A DNA stretch of 64,000 nucleotides from an uncultured Alphaproteobacteria bacterium (GCA_963751685.1 CAVVVV010000009.1:200563-264562), one strand, 5' to 3'; shown: positions 34,241-44,124, numbered from the stretch's first letter. Numbers and translations: made by a program. Notes: generated by a model not told the origin, from the letters alone.

Positions 34241-34527
34241 ATGAAGAAATTGCACATTCGGCCTGGCCATCGATTGCCATCGCTACGCCGCAGGCGTCCG
34301 CGCAGATATGCGCAGGGGCGTCATTGCGCCGCCTCGTCGCGAACTTTAAAGACAACCGGGAGCTCACGAGCAAGGAGGCCGCGACCTGCGGCTTGCTCTT
34401 GGGCAACGACAAGGCCAACGAGAAACCCGCCAAGGCAAGAAAAATCCCAAGCCCAGCTAAATTCGGGAATTCGGAAATGAGCCCGCGCACCGATCTCGGG
34501 TTTACTCGAGATCGGTCATTAAAATAA
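34241..34527 (+). CDS. Small secreted Cys-containing protein, paralogue 2 (frame breaks; ends uncertain)
   Basis: MKKL.. start with RBS GGGGGGA. A shifted frame gives ..AIATPQASAQICAGASLRRLVANFKDNRELTSKEAATCGLLLGNDKANEKPAKARK. It shares the C-A-G..LVAN..DNRELT..EA.TCG motif with paralogue 1. Confidence 0.4.
34480..34524 (+). repeat. 45-nt palindromic motif, copy A
   Basis: AGCCCGCGCACCGATCTCGGGTTTACTCGAGATCGGTCATTAAAA. The stem is 10 bp (CCGATCTCG / CGAGATCGG). It closely matches 41712-41755. Confidence 0.7.
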
Positions 34528-34557
34528 CGTCGCTATAGCCGCGTTTCGCCTTGCTGA

Positions 34558-36187
34558 CTAAACCGCCTTCGCCATCTCGCGCAGCTTGAACTTCTGGATC
34601 TTGCCGGTCGAGGTCTTCGGCAATTCGGCGAAGACCACGTGCTTCGGGCATTTGTAGCCCGCGAGATTCTTCCGGCAGTGCGCGATCAATTCGTCCGGCG
34701 TCGCCTTGGCGCCGGGCTTCAGCTCGATGAAGGCGCAGGGCGTCTCGCCCCATTTGTCGTCGGGCCGCGCCACCACCGCCGCCGCCTGCACCGCCGGATG
34801 CTTGTAGAGCGCATCCTCGACCTCGATCGACGAGATGTTCTCGCCGCCCGAGATGATGATGTCCTTCGAGCGGTCCTTGAGCTGGATATAGCCGTCGGGA
34901 TGCCGCACGCCGAGATCGCCGGAATGAAACCAGCCGCCGGCGAAGGCCTTTTCGCTCGACGACTTGTTCTTGAGGTAGCCCTTCATCACGACATTGCCGC
35001 GGAACATCACCTCGCCCATCGTCTCGCCGTCGCGCGGCACCGGCTTCATCGTCTCGGGGTCGATCACGTCGAGGTCCTCGAGCGCGCCGTAGCGCACGCC
35101 CTGGCGCGCCTTCTTCGCGGCCTGCTCGGCGGGCGCGAGCCTATCCCATTCCGCGTGCCAGTCGTTCACCACCGCCGGGCCGTAGGTTTCGGTCAGGCCA
35201 TAGAGATGCGTGACGTTGAAGCCCGCGCCCTTCATCGCCGCGAGCACGGCTTCGGGCGGCGGCGCGGCCGCGGTGAAGAATTCGACCACGTGCGGCAGCG
35301 GCTTCTTTTCGTTTTCGGGCGCGTTCAGGAGCGTCGCCATCACGATCGGCGCGCCGCAGAGATGCGTGACCTTGTGGGCCGCGATCGCCTCGTACATCGC
35401 CGCCGCCCGCACCTGGCGCAGGCACACATGCGTTCCGGCCGCGACCGAGATCGACCACGGGAAGCACCAGCCGTTGCAGTGGAACATCGGCAGCGTCCAC
35501 AGATAGACCGGATGCTTCTTCATCCCGCAGGTGACGACGTTGCCGACCGCCAACAGCGCCGCGCCGCGGTGGTGATAGACGACGCCCTTCGGATCGCCGG
35601 TGGTGCCGGAGGTGTAGTTGAGCGAGATCGCGTCCCATTCGTCGCCGGGCGCGGCGCGCACGTAGTTCTCGTCGCCCTGCTTGAGAAATTCCTCGTATTC
35701 GAGCGCGCCGATGCGCTCGCCCTCGCCGGCATATTCGGGGTCGTCGTAATCGATCACCAAGGGTTTCGCTTTCGCCGCCGCCAGCGCCGGTTTCATGATC
35801 TTGGAAAATTCGCGGTCGGTGATGACGACCTTGGCCTCGCCATGGTCGAGCGAGAAGGCGATGATCGGCGCATCGAGCCGCGTGTTGAGCGTGTTGAGCA
35901 CGGCGCCGGTCATCGGCACGCCGTAGTGGCATTCCAGCATCGCCGGCGTGTTGGCGAGGAAGACCGCGACGGTGTCGCCGCGTTTGATCCCGCGCTTGGC
36001 AAGCGCCGAGGCGAGCCGCTGCGAGCGCGCGTAGAAATCGCGATAGTTGCGGCGCAGCTTGCCGTGGATGATCGCCGCATGATCCGGAAACACCGCCGCC
36101 GCGCGCTCGAGATAGGAGAGCGGCGTCAGCGGCTGGAAGTTCGCCGGATTGCGGTCGAGATCGGTGTCGTAGCGCGCTTTTCGTCAC
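34558..36187 (-). CDS. AMP-forming acyl-CoA synthetase (medium/short-chain, AAE/FadD-like; 1 frame break in an A-run just after the GTG start)
   Basis: MTK then (shift) ARYDTDLDRNPANFQPLTPLSYLERAAAVFPDHAAIIHG... AMP motif is LNYTSGTTGDPKGVVYHHRG. Other motifs: ..GLTETYGP.., ..WFHSGDLG.., ..PKTSTGKIQKF... Confidence 0.88.
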
Positions 36188-36363
36188 AGGCTCCCCCTCG
36201 GTCTAGCGTGCGGAACGCTAGCGTTCCGGCGCGCCGGCCTCAAGCGCCGGCGAGGAACGGGCCCGCCGGCGCATAGCGGAAATGATAATCTCCCCGCCCT
36301 GTGCAAAGCGCGCCCGCCGCCGCACAATCGAAAGAAGGCGAGGATGACGCCGGGGAGGATGCC

Positions 36364-38286
36364 ATGGATGCCAAGACCAAGAGCCGCTACCCGGAGATCT
36401 ACGCGCGTTCGCTAGCGCGACCCGGAGGGATTCTGGGCGAGCAGGCGGAAGCGATCGACTGGATCGAGAAGCCGAAGAAGGTCTTCGACAAGACCGCCGG
36501 CGTCTATGGCCGCTGGTTCGCGGGCGGCGTGTGCAACACCTGCTTGAACGCCGTCGACCGCCATGTGAAGGCGGGGCGCGGCAAGCAGGCGGCCTTCATC
36601 TACGACAGCCCCGTCTCCAACACCAAGCGCACCATCACCTATGCCGAATTGCTCGACGAGGTGAAGGCGTTCGCCGCCATGCTGCGCGACTTCGGCGTCC
36701 GGCAGGGCGATCGCGTCATTCTCTACATGCCGATGGTGCCCGAAGCCCTGGTGGCGATGCTCGCCTGCGCGCGCATCGGCGCCATCCATTCGGTCGTGTT
36801 CGGCGGCTTCGCGCCGAAGGAGCTGGCGACGCGGATCAACGACGCCGAGCCAAAGCTGATCCTGACGGCCTCTTGCGGCATCGAGCCGGGCCGCATCGTC
36901 GCCTACAAGCCGCTGTTGGACGAGGCGATCAAGATGGCGAAGTCGAAGCCGGAGGCCGTGATCCTCCTGCAACGCCCGCAAGCGGAAGCGCCGATGATCT
37001 CCGGCCGCGACCACGACTGGGCATCGCTGCGCGCCGCGGCGCTCCGCGACGGCAAGAGCGCCGATTGCGTGCCGTGCGCTCGCCACCGACCCGCTCTACA
37101 TTCTCTACACCTCCGGCACGACCGGAATCCCCAAGGGCGTCGTGCGCGACCATGGCGGCCACATGGTCGCGCTCAAATGGTCGATGAACGGCGTCTACGG
37201 CATTCAGCCCGGCGAAACGTGGTGGACCGCCTCCGACATCGGCTGGGTCGTCGGCCACTCCTACATCGTCTATGCGCCGCTCCTGCACGGCTGCACCTCG
37301 GTCGTCTACGAAGGCAAGCCCGTGGGCACGCCCGACGCCGGCGCCTTCTGGCGCGTGATCTCCGAGCACGGCGCGGTGGCGCTTTTCACCGCGCCGACCG
37401 CCTTCCGCGCCATCAAGAAGGACGACCCGCAAGGCAAGCATGTCGCCGGCAAGAACCTGTCGAAATTCCGCACGCTGTTCCTGGCCGGCGAGCGCGCCGA
37501 CCCCGACACGATCAAATGGGCCGAGAACATCTTGAAGGTCCCGGTGATCGATCACTGGTGGCAGACCGAGACCGGCTGGGCGATCGCCGGCAATCCGATG
37601 GGCCTCGGCGCGCTGCCGGTGAAATACGGCTCGCCCACCGTGCCGATGCCCGGCTACGACGTGAGGATCGTCGACGAGCAAACGAAAGAGGTGCCCACCG
37701 GCAAGATGGGCTCGATCGTGGTGAAGCTGCCGCTGCCGCCCTCCTGCCTGCCGACGCTGTGGCAGCAGGACGAGCGCTTCAAGGAAAGCTACCTCACGGA
37801 ATTTCCCGGCCACTACAAGACCGCCGACGCCGGCTTCAAGGACGAGGACGGCTATCTCTTCATCATGGGCCGCACCGACGACATCATCAACGTCGCCGGG
37901 CACCGGCTCTCGACCGGCGGCATGGAGGAGGTGCTGTCGTCGCATCCCGACGTCGCCGAATGCGCGGTGATCGGCGTCGCCGACGAGTTAAAGGGCGAGG
38001 TGCCGTGCGGCTTCATCGTGCTGAAGTCGGGCGTCGACCAAGCCCTCCGCCGAGATCGAGAAGGAGATCGTCGCGCTCGTGCGCGAGCAAGATCGGCCCG
38101 GTCGCCGCCTTCAAGCTCGCGATTACCGTCAACCGCCTGCCGAAGACGCGCTCCGGCAAGATCCTGCGCGGCACCATGAAGAAGATCGCCGACAAGGAGC
38201 CGTGGACCATGCCCGCGACCATCGACGATCCAGCGATCCTCGACGAGATCGGGGCGGCGCTGAAGGGGCGCGGGTACGGAGGCTGA
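36364..38286 (+). CDS. prpE: Propionate--CoA ligase (PrpE / Acs-like; 2 frame breaks near 37075 and 38040)
   Basis: ..YGRWFAGGVCNTCLNAVDRHV.., ..ILYTSGTTGIPKGVVRDHGG.., ..DHWWQTETGW.., ..GRTDDIINVAGHRLSTGGMEE.., ..LPKTRSGKILRGTM... Confidence 0.85.
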   Translation: MDAKTKSRYPEIYARSLARPGGILGEQAEAIDWIEKPKKVFDKTAGVYGRWFAGGVCNTCLNAVDRHVKAGRGKQAAFIYDSPVSNTKRTITYAELLDEVKAFAAMLRDFGVRQGDRVILYMPMVPEALVAMLACARIGAIHSVVFGGFAPKELATRINDAEPKLILTASCGIEPGRIVAYKPLLDEAIKMAKSKPEAVILLQRPQAEAPMISGRDHDWASLRAAALRDGKSADCVPCARHRPALHSLHLRHDRNPQGRRARPWRPHGRAQMVDERRLRHSARRNVVDRLRHRLGRRPLLHRLCAAPARLHLGRLRRQARGHARRRRLLARDLRARRGGAFHRADRLPRHQEGRPARQACRRQEPVEIPHAVPGRRARRPRHDQMGREHLEGPGDRSLVADRDRLGDRRQSDGPRRAAGEIRLAHRADARLRREDRRRANERGAHRQDGLDRGEAAAAALLPADAVAAGRALQGKLPHGISRPLQDRRRRLQGRGRLSLHHGPHRRHHQRRRAPALDRRHGGGAVVASRRRRMRGDRRRRRVKGRGAVRLHRAEVGRRPSPPPRSRRRSSRSCASKIGPVAAFKLAITVNRLPKTRSGKILRGTMKKIADKEPWTMPATIDDPAILDEIGAALKGRGYGG

Positions 38287-38428
38287 GCCCTTCACCTCTC
38301 CCCGTCCCTACGGGAAGAGGTCGGCGTGCGCAGCACGCCGGGTGAGGGGCAACAACAGACGCGCAGTACTAGGCTTATAATCGCCCCTCACCCCGACCCT
38401 CTCCCCCAAGCGGAGAGAGGGAGTGAGG
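38287..38428 (+). repeat. Structured intergenic element: Y-shaped fold (38287-38350) plus a CCCTCAC/CCCTCTC hairpin (38386-38428)
   Basis: The outer stem GCCCTTCACC/GGTGAGGGGC encloses two hairpins (ACCTCTCC..GAAGAGGT and CGGCGTGC-GCA-GCACGCCG). The second hairpin pairs CCTCAC..CCCTCTC with GAGAGGG..GTGAGG. The sequence style (CCCTCACCCCGACCCTCTCCCC) recalls dispersed rhizobial intergenic repeats. Confidence 0.6.
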
Positions 38429-38435
38429 AACAATT

Positions 38436-39226
38436 ATGGCCAGACTCTGCCGGCAAAATCGCCATCGTCACCGGCGCCGCGCGCGGCATCGGGCTCGCTT
38501 GCGCCAAACGCTTCATTGCCGAGGGCGCCCACGTCGTGCTCGCCGATATCGACGAGCGCGAAGGGCTGCGGCCGAAGCAAACGTCTCGGCAACGCGGCGC
38601 GCTTCGTGCGTTGCGACGTGGGCGAGGCGAAGGACGCGGCAAATCTGATCGCCGAAGCTTGCAAAGCCTTCGGCGGCGACATCGACGTGCTCGTGAACAA
38701 TGCCGGCATCGTTCATGGCGCCGATTTTATCGATCTGAAGGAGTCCGATTTCGACCGCGTGTTGCGCGTGAACCTCAAAGGCGGCTTTCTCGTCGGCCAG
38801 CTCGCCGCGCGAAAAATGGTCGCACAGGTAAAGGCAGGGAAGAAGCCTGGCGCGATCGTCAACATGGCCTCGATCAATTCGACGGTCGCGATCGCGAACC
38901 AGGTGCCCTATTCCGTCTCCAAGGGCGGGCTTCTGCAGCTCACGCGCACGATGGCGCTCTCGCTCGCGCCTCACGGCATTCGCGTGAACGCGATCGGTCC
39001 GGGATCGATCATGACGGAAATTCTGTCGGCGGTCGCGACCGATGCCGAGGCGAAGCGGCGAATTCTCTCGCGCACGCCGCTCGGCCGCATCGGCGAGCCG
39101 GACGAGGTCGCTTCCGTCGCGGCTTTCCTTGCCTCCGACGACGCGAGCTACATCACGGGTGAGATTATTTACGTCGACGGCGGCCGGCTCGCGCTCAATT
39201 ACACCGTGCCGGTAAAGGACGCATAG
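38436..39226 (+). CDS. SDR-family oxidoreductase (2-3 frame breaks in the first 150 nt)
   Basis: ..GKIAIVTGAARGIGLACAKRF.. (TGxxxGxG), ..LVNNAGI.., ..NMASINS.., ..YSVSKGG.. (YxxxK), ..IRVNAIGPG.., ..ITGEIIYVDGG... Confidence 0.85.
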
Positions 39227-39231
39227 GCTTG

Positions 39232-40047
39232 TCATTCGGCTGAGGCGCGAGCGCCGAGAGCCGGAATCATAACCTCCATGGTCCAACTTTTTCGCCGGCG
39301 TTTATGGATTCGGGTTCGTGGGCTTCGCCCAGCACACTCGCCCTTCTTCGATCCGCCGAGCTTGGCGAACACCAACTCCACGTCGACCGGCGCTTCCTTC
39401 TGCGGCCGGCCGCTTTCGGCTTCGCGCTCGGCGGCGGCGGCGGCCGCGGCTTCCGCGCGCGCGGTCGTTTCCGAAGCCGGCAACAGCGTCGTGTGCTGCT
39501 CCTCGACCTTGACGGGTTTTTCCTTCGCCGCGCGCGCCACCTCGTGATCGAGCTCGATCTGCGAGCAAAGGCCGAGCGTCACCGGATCGAGCGGCTGCAG
39601 CGTCGCCGCGTTCCAATGCGTGCGGCTCCGCACCGATTCGATCGTCGACTTGGTGGTGCCGACGAGCCGCATGATCTGCGCGTCCTTCAGCTCCGGATGA
39701 TTGCGCACGAGCCACAGAATTGCGTTCGGCCGGTCCTGGCGCTTCGACACCGGCGTGTAGCGCGGGCCCTTTTTCTTGGGCTTCGCCTCGGGCAGCGCCA
39801 CCCGCTTCTCCGAAGCCTTGAGCTTGTGGCTGGGATCCTTCTGCGCCTCGTCGATCTCCTCGCGCGTGAGCTGGCTGGTGGTGATCGGGTCGAGGCCCTT
39901 GATTCCCTGCGCCACCTCGCCGTCGGCGATGCCCTTCACTTCCAGCGGATGCAGTTTGCAGAAATCGGCGATCTGCTCGAAGGTGAGCGTGGTGTTTTCG
40001 ACGAGCCAAACGGCGGTCGCTTTGGGCATCAGGGGGGCTTCGGCCAT
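39232..40047 (-). CDS. trcR: DUF1013 protein (TrcR-like cell-cycle transcriptional regulator); C-terminal frame uncertain
   Basis: MAEAPLMPKATAVWLVENTTLTFEQIADFCKLHPLEVKGIADGEVAQGIKGLDPI.. and ..RPNAILWLVRNHPELKDAQIMRLVGTTKSTIESVRSRTHWN... Confidence 0.75.
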   Translation of the reverse strand: MAEAPLMPKATAVWLVENTTLTFEQIADFCKLHPLEVKGIADGEVAQGIKGLDPITTSQLTREEIDEAQKDPSHKLKASEKRVALPEAKPKKKGPRYTPVSKRQDRPNAILWLVRNHPELKDAQIMRLVGTTKSTIESVRSRTHWNAATLQPLDPVTLGLCSQIELDHEVARAAKEKPVKVEEQHTTLLPASETTARAEAAAAAAAEREAESGRPQKEAPVDVELVFAKLGGSKKGECAGRSPRTRIHKRRRKSWTMEVMIPALGARASAE

Positions 40048-40181
40048 GGCAGAATCTCTTGAATCGGGCTTGTGCTAAGGGTTTTCGCGCTCCGCCCGTT
40101 CTTTCGGACGGAGCCTCGGTTATCCTCGAATTCACCGGGGTTGGCCGTTATATAGGGTGATCGAAGCCCGGACGCAAATCG

Positions 40182-41178
40182 ATGCCCATGAATTCGCTTG
40201 CTAATCCGCCCGCCGCCGAAAAACCGCCGCTGCGCGTCCTGTTGTGCGCGCCGCGCGGCTTTTGCGCGGGCGTGGTGCGGGCGATCGACGCGGTCGAGCG
40301 CGCGCTCGAAAAATACGGCGCGCCGGTCTATGTCCGCCACGAAATCGTTCACAACAAATACGTGGTCGAATCGTTGCGCCAAAAGGGCGCGGTGTTCGTC
40401 GAGGAACTCGACGAGGTGCCGGATGGCGACCGGCCGGTGATCTTCTCCGCCCACGGCGTGCCGAAGGCCGTGCCCGAGGAAGCCGGCGCGCCGGAAGCTG
40501 TTCGCGATCGACGCCACCTGCCCGCTCGTCACCAAGGTCCACCGCGAGGCGATGGTGCATTTCAAGCGCGGGCGCGAGATCGTGCTGATCGGCCATGCCG
40601 GCCATCCCGAGGTGATCGGCACCATGGGCCAGCTTCCCGCCGGGCGCGGTGGTTCTGATCGAAACCGCGCGCGATGCGCGCGCGTATCAACCGCGCGATG
40701 CGCAACAACTCGCCTACGTCACGCAAACCACGCTTTCGATCGACGACACCGCCGAAATCGGTCGCGATCCTGCGCGCGCGCTTTCCCGCCATCGTCGGTC
40801 CGCACAAGGAAGACATCTGCTACGCCACCACCAACCGCCAGGAAGCGGTGAAGCGCGTGGCGCCGCAGGTCGACGCCATGATCGTCGTCGGCGCGCCCAA
40901 CAGCTCCAACTCGCAGCGCCTTTGCGAGGTCGCCGAGCGCGCGGGCTGCGCGAAAACCGCGCTCGTGCAACGCGCCGCCGATATCGACTGGCCGGCGTTC
41001 GAAAAGATCGCAAGCCTCGGCCTCGCCGCCGGCGCCTCGGCGCCCGAAGTACTGGTCGAGGAGATCATCGCCGCCTTCGCCGCGCGCTACGACGTTGCGC
41101 GTCGAAAACGTTTCCGGCCCCGCCGAGGATGTCTTCTTTCCGCTTCCGCGCGAGTTGCGCGAAGATGCCGCGGAGTGA
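40182..41178 (+). CDS. ispH: 4-hydroxy-3-methylbut-2-enyl diphosphate reductase IspH/LytB (4 frame breaks)
   Basis: ..[12 protein letters not shown].., ..[10 protein letters not shown].., ..[14 protein letters not shown].., ..[10 protein letters not shown].., ..AYVTQTTLS.., ..ICYATTNRQ.., ..[13 protein letters not shown].., tail ..[12 protein letters not shown]. Confidence 0.93.
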
Positions 41179-41183
41179 GCGCG

Positions 41184-41752
41184 ATGGACGAGTCCGCATT
41201 CTCACCATCGGCCACTCGAACCATCCGATCGAGCAGTTCATCGCGCTCGCGCAAGGCGCGGGCGTGAGCGCCATCGCCGACGTGCGCTCGTTTCCCGTTT
41301 CGCGCTACGCGCCGCAGTTCAACAAGCGATGCGCTGGCGAAATCGCTTGAAAAAAACGGTATCGCTTATCTTTATTGCGGCAAGGAATTGGGCGGCCGTG
41401 CGCGCGAAAATCCTTCAACGCCTGAAAGCTTGCGCGCAGGGGCTGAACCGCGTCGTCGCCGAAAGCGCGCGCCATCGCATCGCACTGATGTGCGCGGAAC
41501 GCGATCCGCTCGATTGCCATCGCCTGCATGCTCGCGCGCGCGCTCGTCGAGCGCGGCGTCGCCGTCGGCCATATCCTCGTCTCCGGCGAGATCGCGAACC
41601 AGCACGCATATCGAGAACCGCCTGCTTGCGCGCGAGGGGCTTGCCGGCGACGACCTCTTCTCGCGCGAGGTGAGGCTTCGCGACGCCTATCGCGCCCGCC
41701 GCGGCCACCGGCCCGCGCGCGCCGATCTCGGGTTTACCCGAGATCGGCATGA
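41184..41752 (+). CDS. DUF488 family protein (about 3 frame breaks; 3' end uncertain)
   Basis: ..[44 protein letters not shown].., ..[16 protein letters not shown].., ..GVAVGHIL... Confidence 0.6.
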
Positions 41753-41755
41753 AAC
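41712..41755 (+). repeat. 45-nt palindromic motif, copy B
   Basis: CCCGCGCGCGCCGATCTCGGGTTTACCCGAGATCGGCATGAAAC. The stem is GCCGATCTCGG/CCGAGATCGGC. It matches 34480-34524. Confidence 0.7.
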
Positions 41756-41801
41756 AGACACAAGTCGGAAACATCGACTTGTGGAGCCGAGTGAGCGATT
41801 C

Positions 41802-42769
41802 ATGGCCGTCTATACCCATGTCGACGAGGAGGAACTCGAAAAATTTCTCGTGGGCTACGATCTCGGCACCGTGATGTCCTTCAAGGGCATTGCCGAGGGC
41901 GTCGAGAACACCAATTATCTGCTGCACACCGAGCGCGGCTATTTCATCCTGACGCTCTACGAAAAACGCGTTGCCGCCGCCGACCTGCCCTTTTTCATCG
42001 GCCTGATGGAGCATCTCGCCGCGCGCGGCATCAATTGCCCGCAGCCGGTGAAGAATCGCAAGGGCAACGCCCTCGGCGAGCTTGCGGGCCGGCCGGCGAC
42101 GATCGTTACGTTTCTCGAAGGCGTTTGGCTGCGCCGCCCGCATGCGCATCCACTGCGCCGCGCTCGGCCGCGCGATGGCCGAACTGCATCAGGCCGGCGC
42201 GAGCTTCAAGCTGCGCCGCGACAACGCGCTCGGGCTCGAGGGTTGGAAAAATCTCGCGCTCGTGGCCGCGCCGCGCGCCGACGAAGTGGCGCCGGGTCTC
42301 GCGCAGCTGATCGTCGATGAACTCGCCCATGTCGAAAAGAATTGGCCGCGCGCGCTGCCCGCCGGCGTCATCCACGCCGATCTCTTCCCCGATAACGTTT
42401 TCTTCCTCGGGGGCAAGCTTTCGGGCCTGATCGATTTTTATTTCGCCTGCAACGACCTCTTCGCTTACGAAATCGCGATTTGTCTCAATGCCTGGTGCTT
42501 CGAAATCGACGGCTCGTTCAATGTCACCAAGGGCCAGCGCATTGTTCTCGGGCTATAGCAGCGTACGCAAGCTCGAGCGGAGCGAGGTGGAGGCGCTGCC
42601 GCTGCTTGCGCGCGGCGCGGCGCTCCGCATTCTGCTGACCCGCACCGTCGACTGGCTCAACGTTCCGCCCGGTGCGCTCGTGCGTCCGAAAGACCCGCTC
42701 GAATATCTGAAAAAACTCCGCTTCCACCGCCGCATCGACCATGCGCGCGATTACGGGCTCGCCGCATGA
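41802..42769 (+). CDS. thrB: Homoserine kinase, ThrB type II (APH fold; 2 frame breaks)
   Basis: [56 protein letters not shown].., ..[14 protein letters not shown].., tail ..[15 protein letters not shown]... Confidence 0.9.
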
Positions 42770-43208
42770 GCCGCGTCGATCATCCATACCGATGGCGCCT
42801 GCTCCGGCAATCCGGGCCCGGGCGGCTGGGGCGCGATCATTCGCGACGGCGACAAGATCACCGAGATGAAGGGCGGCGAGGCCGCGACCACCAACAACCG
42901 CATGGAATTGCTCGCGGCGATCTCCGCGCTCGAAGCGCTGCCCGACGCGCACCCCGGCGGAATTGCACACCGATTCGCAGTATCTGCGCGACGGCATTAC
43001 CCAGTGGATGCATAATTGGAAGAAAAACGGCTGGCGCACCAGCGACAAGAAGCCGGTCAAGAATGTCGATTTGTGGAAGCAGCTCGAGGCCGCCGCCGAG
43101 CGCCACCAAATCGCCTGGCATTGGGTGCGCGGCCATGTCGGGCATGACGAGAACGAGCGCGCCGACGAGCTTGCGCGCGAGGGCATGCAGCCGTTTCTCA
43201 AGCGCTAG
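42766..43208 (+). CDS. rnhA: Ribonuclease HI (2 frame breaks)
   Basis: ..[21 protein letters not shown].., ..[18 protein letters not shown].., ..[58 protein letters not shown]... The start overlaps the thrB stop (ATGA). Confidence 0.92.
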
Positions 43209-43211
43209 CCG

Positions 43212-43898
43212 CTAAATTCGCCGCTCGCGCTTCCTCGCATACATCGCCGCATCCGCGCGCGCGAGCGCGGCCGCGGCCGTGTCGCCGGGCGCGAGCATGG
43301 TGAAGCCGACGGAAAGACCGAGCTTGAAGCGCTTGCCGGACTGCTCGAACGGCGAAGCCGCGATCAGATCCTCGATCGCGCGCGCTTTCGCCTCGGCCTG
43401 ATCCGCGCGCAAATTCCAAAGCAGCACCACGATCTCGTCGCCGCCGATGCGCGCGACCACGTCGGACGCGCGCACATGCCCCGAAATCAACCGCGCCAAG
43501 CGGCCGAGCGCCCAATCCCCTGCCGCGTGGCCGTGGCGGTCGTTCACCGCCTTGAAACCGTCGAGATCGAGAAACAAGAGCGCCGCCGTCGCGCCGTAGC
43601 GCTGGACATAGGCGAGCGCGCGTTCAAGCGCCCGCTGGAAGCCGCGCCGGTTGAGGAGACCGGTCAGCGGATCCTCGTCGACGCGCAACTCAAGCTCCGC
43701 TACACGCGCACGCGCTCGCGCCAGCTCCTCCTTGAGCGCGTCTAACTCGGCCGCGAGCCGCATCGGCAAGGCGCGCGGCTTTGCCCTCGGTTTCGATGTC
43801 GGCGGCGCCATGTTCGGCTCGGTCGGCGCGCGCCGCGCACGAACGCGCTTTTCACCCGGCGGTTTCCGGCGCGCATTCCGCACGCGGCCACGGTTCAT
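43212..43898 (-). CDS. GGDEF-domain diguanylate cyclase with an N-terminal coiled coil (start uncertain: 43898 or 43811)
   Basis: ..DPLTGLLNRRGF.., ..LLFLDLDGFKAVNDRHGHAAGD.., ..ARIGGDEIVVLL.., ..ADAAMYARK... The listed ORF start (43949) lies inside the repeat and is probably spurious. Confidence 0.85.
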   Translation of the reverse strand: MNRGRVRNARRKPPGEKRVRARRAPTEPNMAPPTSKPRAKPRALPMRLAAELDALKEELARARARVAELELRVDEDPLTGLLNRRGFQRALERALAYVQRYGATAALLFLDLDGFKAVNDRHGHAAGDWALGRLARLISGHVRASDVVARIGGDEIVVLLWNLRADQAEAKARAIEDLIAASPFEQSGKRFKLGLSVGFTMLAPGDTAAAALARADAAMYARKRERRI

Positions 43899-43918
43899 CG
43901 AATTAACCCCATTCCCTG

Positions 43919-44084
43919 CTAGTGCCCCGAACCCGAAGTTCGCACACACCTCGCCGCAAGCGCGGTTGCGAACTTCGGGTTCAAAGGGGCACTAGAATCA
44001 TAGAGTTGCTAGTGTCCCTATAATTCCGAAGCTCGTATGGGAGTGTGCCGGGAGGGCTTACGAACTTCGGAATCGGGACACTAG
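43919..44084 (+). repeat. Dual-hairpin intergenic repeat, copy 2 (module A 43919-43995, module B 44009-44084)
   Basis: Same architecture and orientation as 4714-4881. The stems are essentially identical and the loops differ at a few positions. Confidence 0.9.
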
Positions 44085-44096
44085 TTGAAGCCTCGC

Positions 44097-44124
44097 TTGC
44101 CAGCACCCCTTCCACTCCTATAAT
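44097..44124 (+). promoter_or_regulatory. Sigma-70-type promoter candidate for purEK
   Basis: TTGCCA (44097-44102), a 16-nt spacer, then TATAAT (44119-44124). It sits about 34 nt upstream of the purE ATG. Confidence 0.5.

Noticed and set aside
38287-38350. The Y-shaped 64-nt fold after prpE as a tRNA or tRNA fragment.
   Set aside because: It has two arms rather than four, no T-loop (GTTCRANYC) or D-loop features, and no anticodon-stem geometry.
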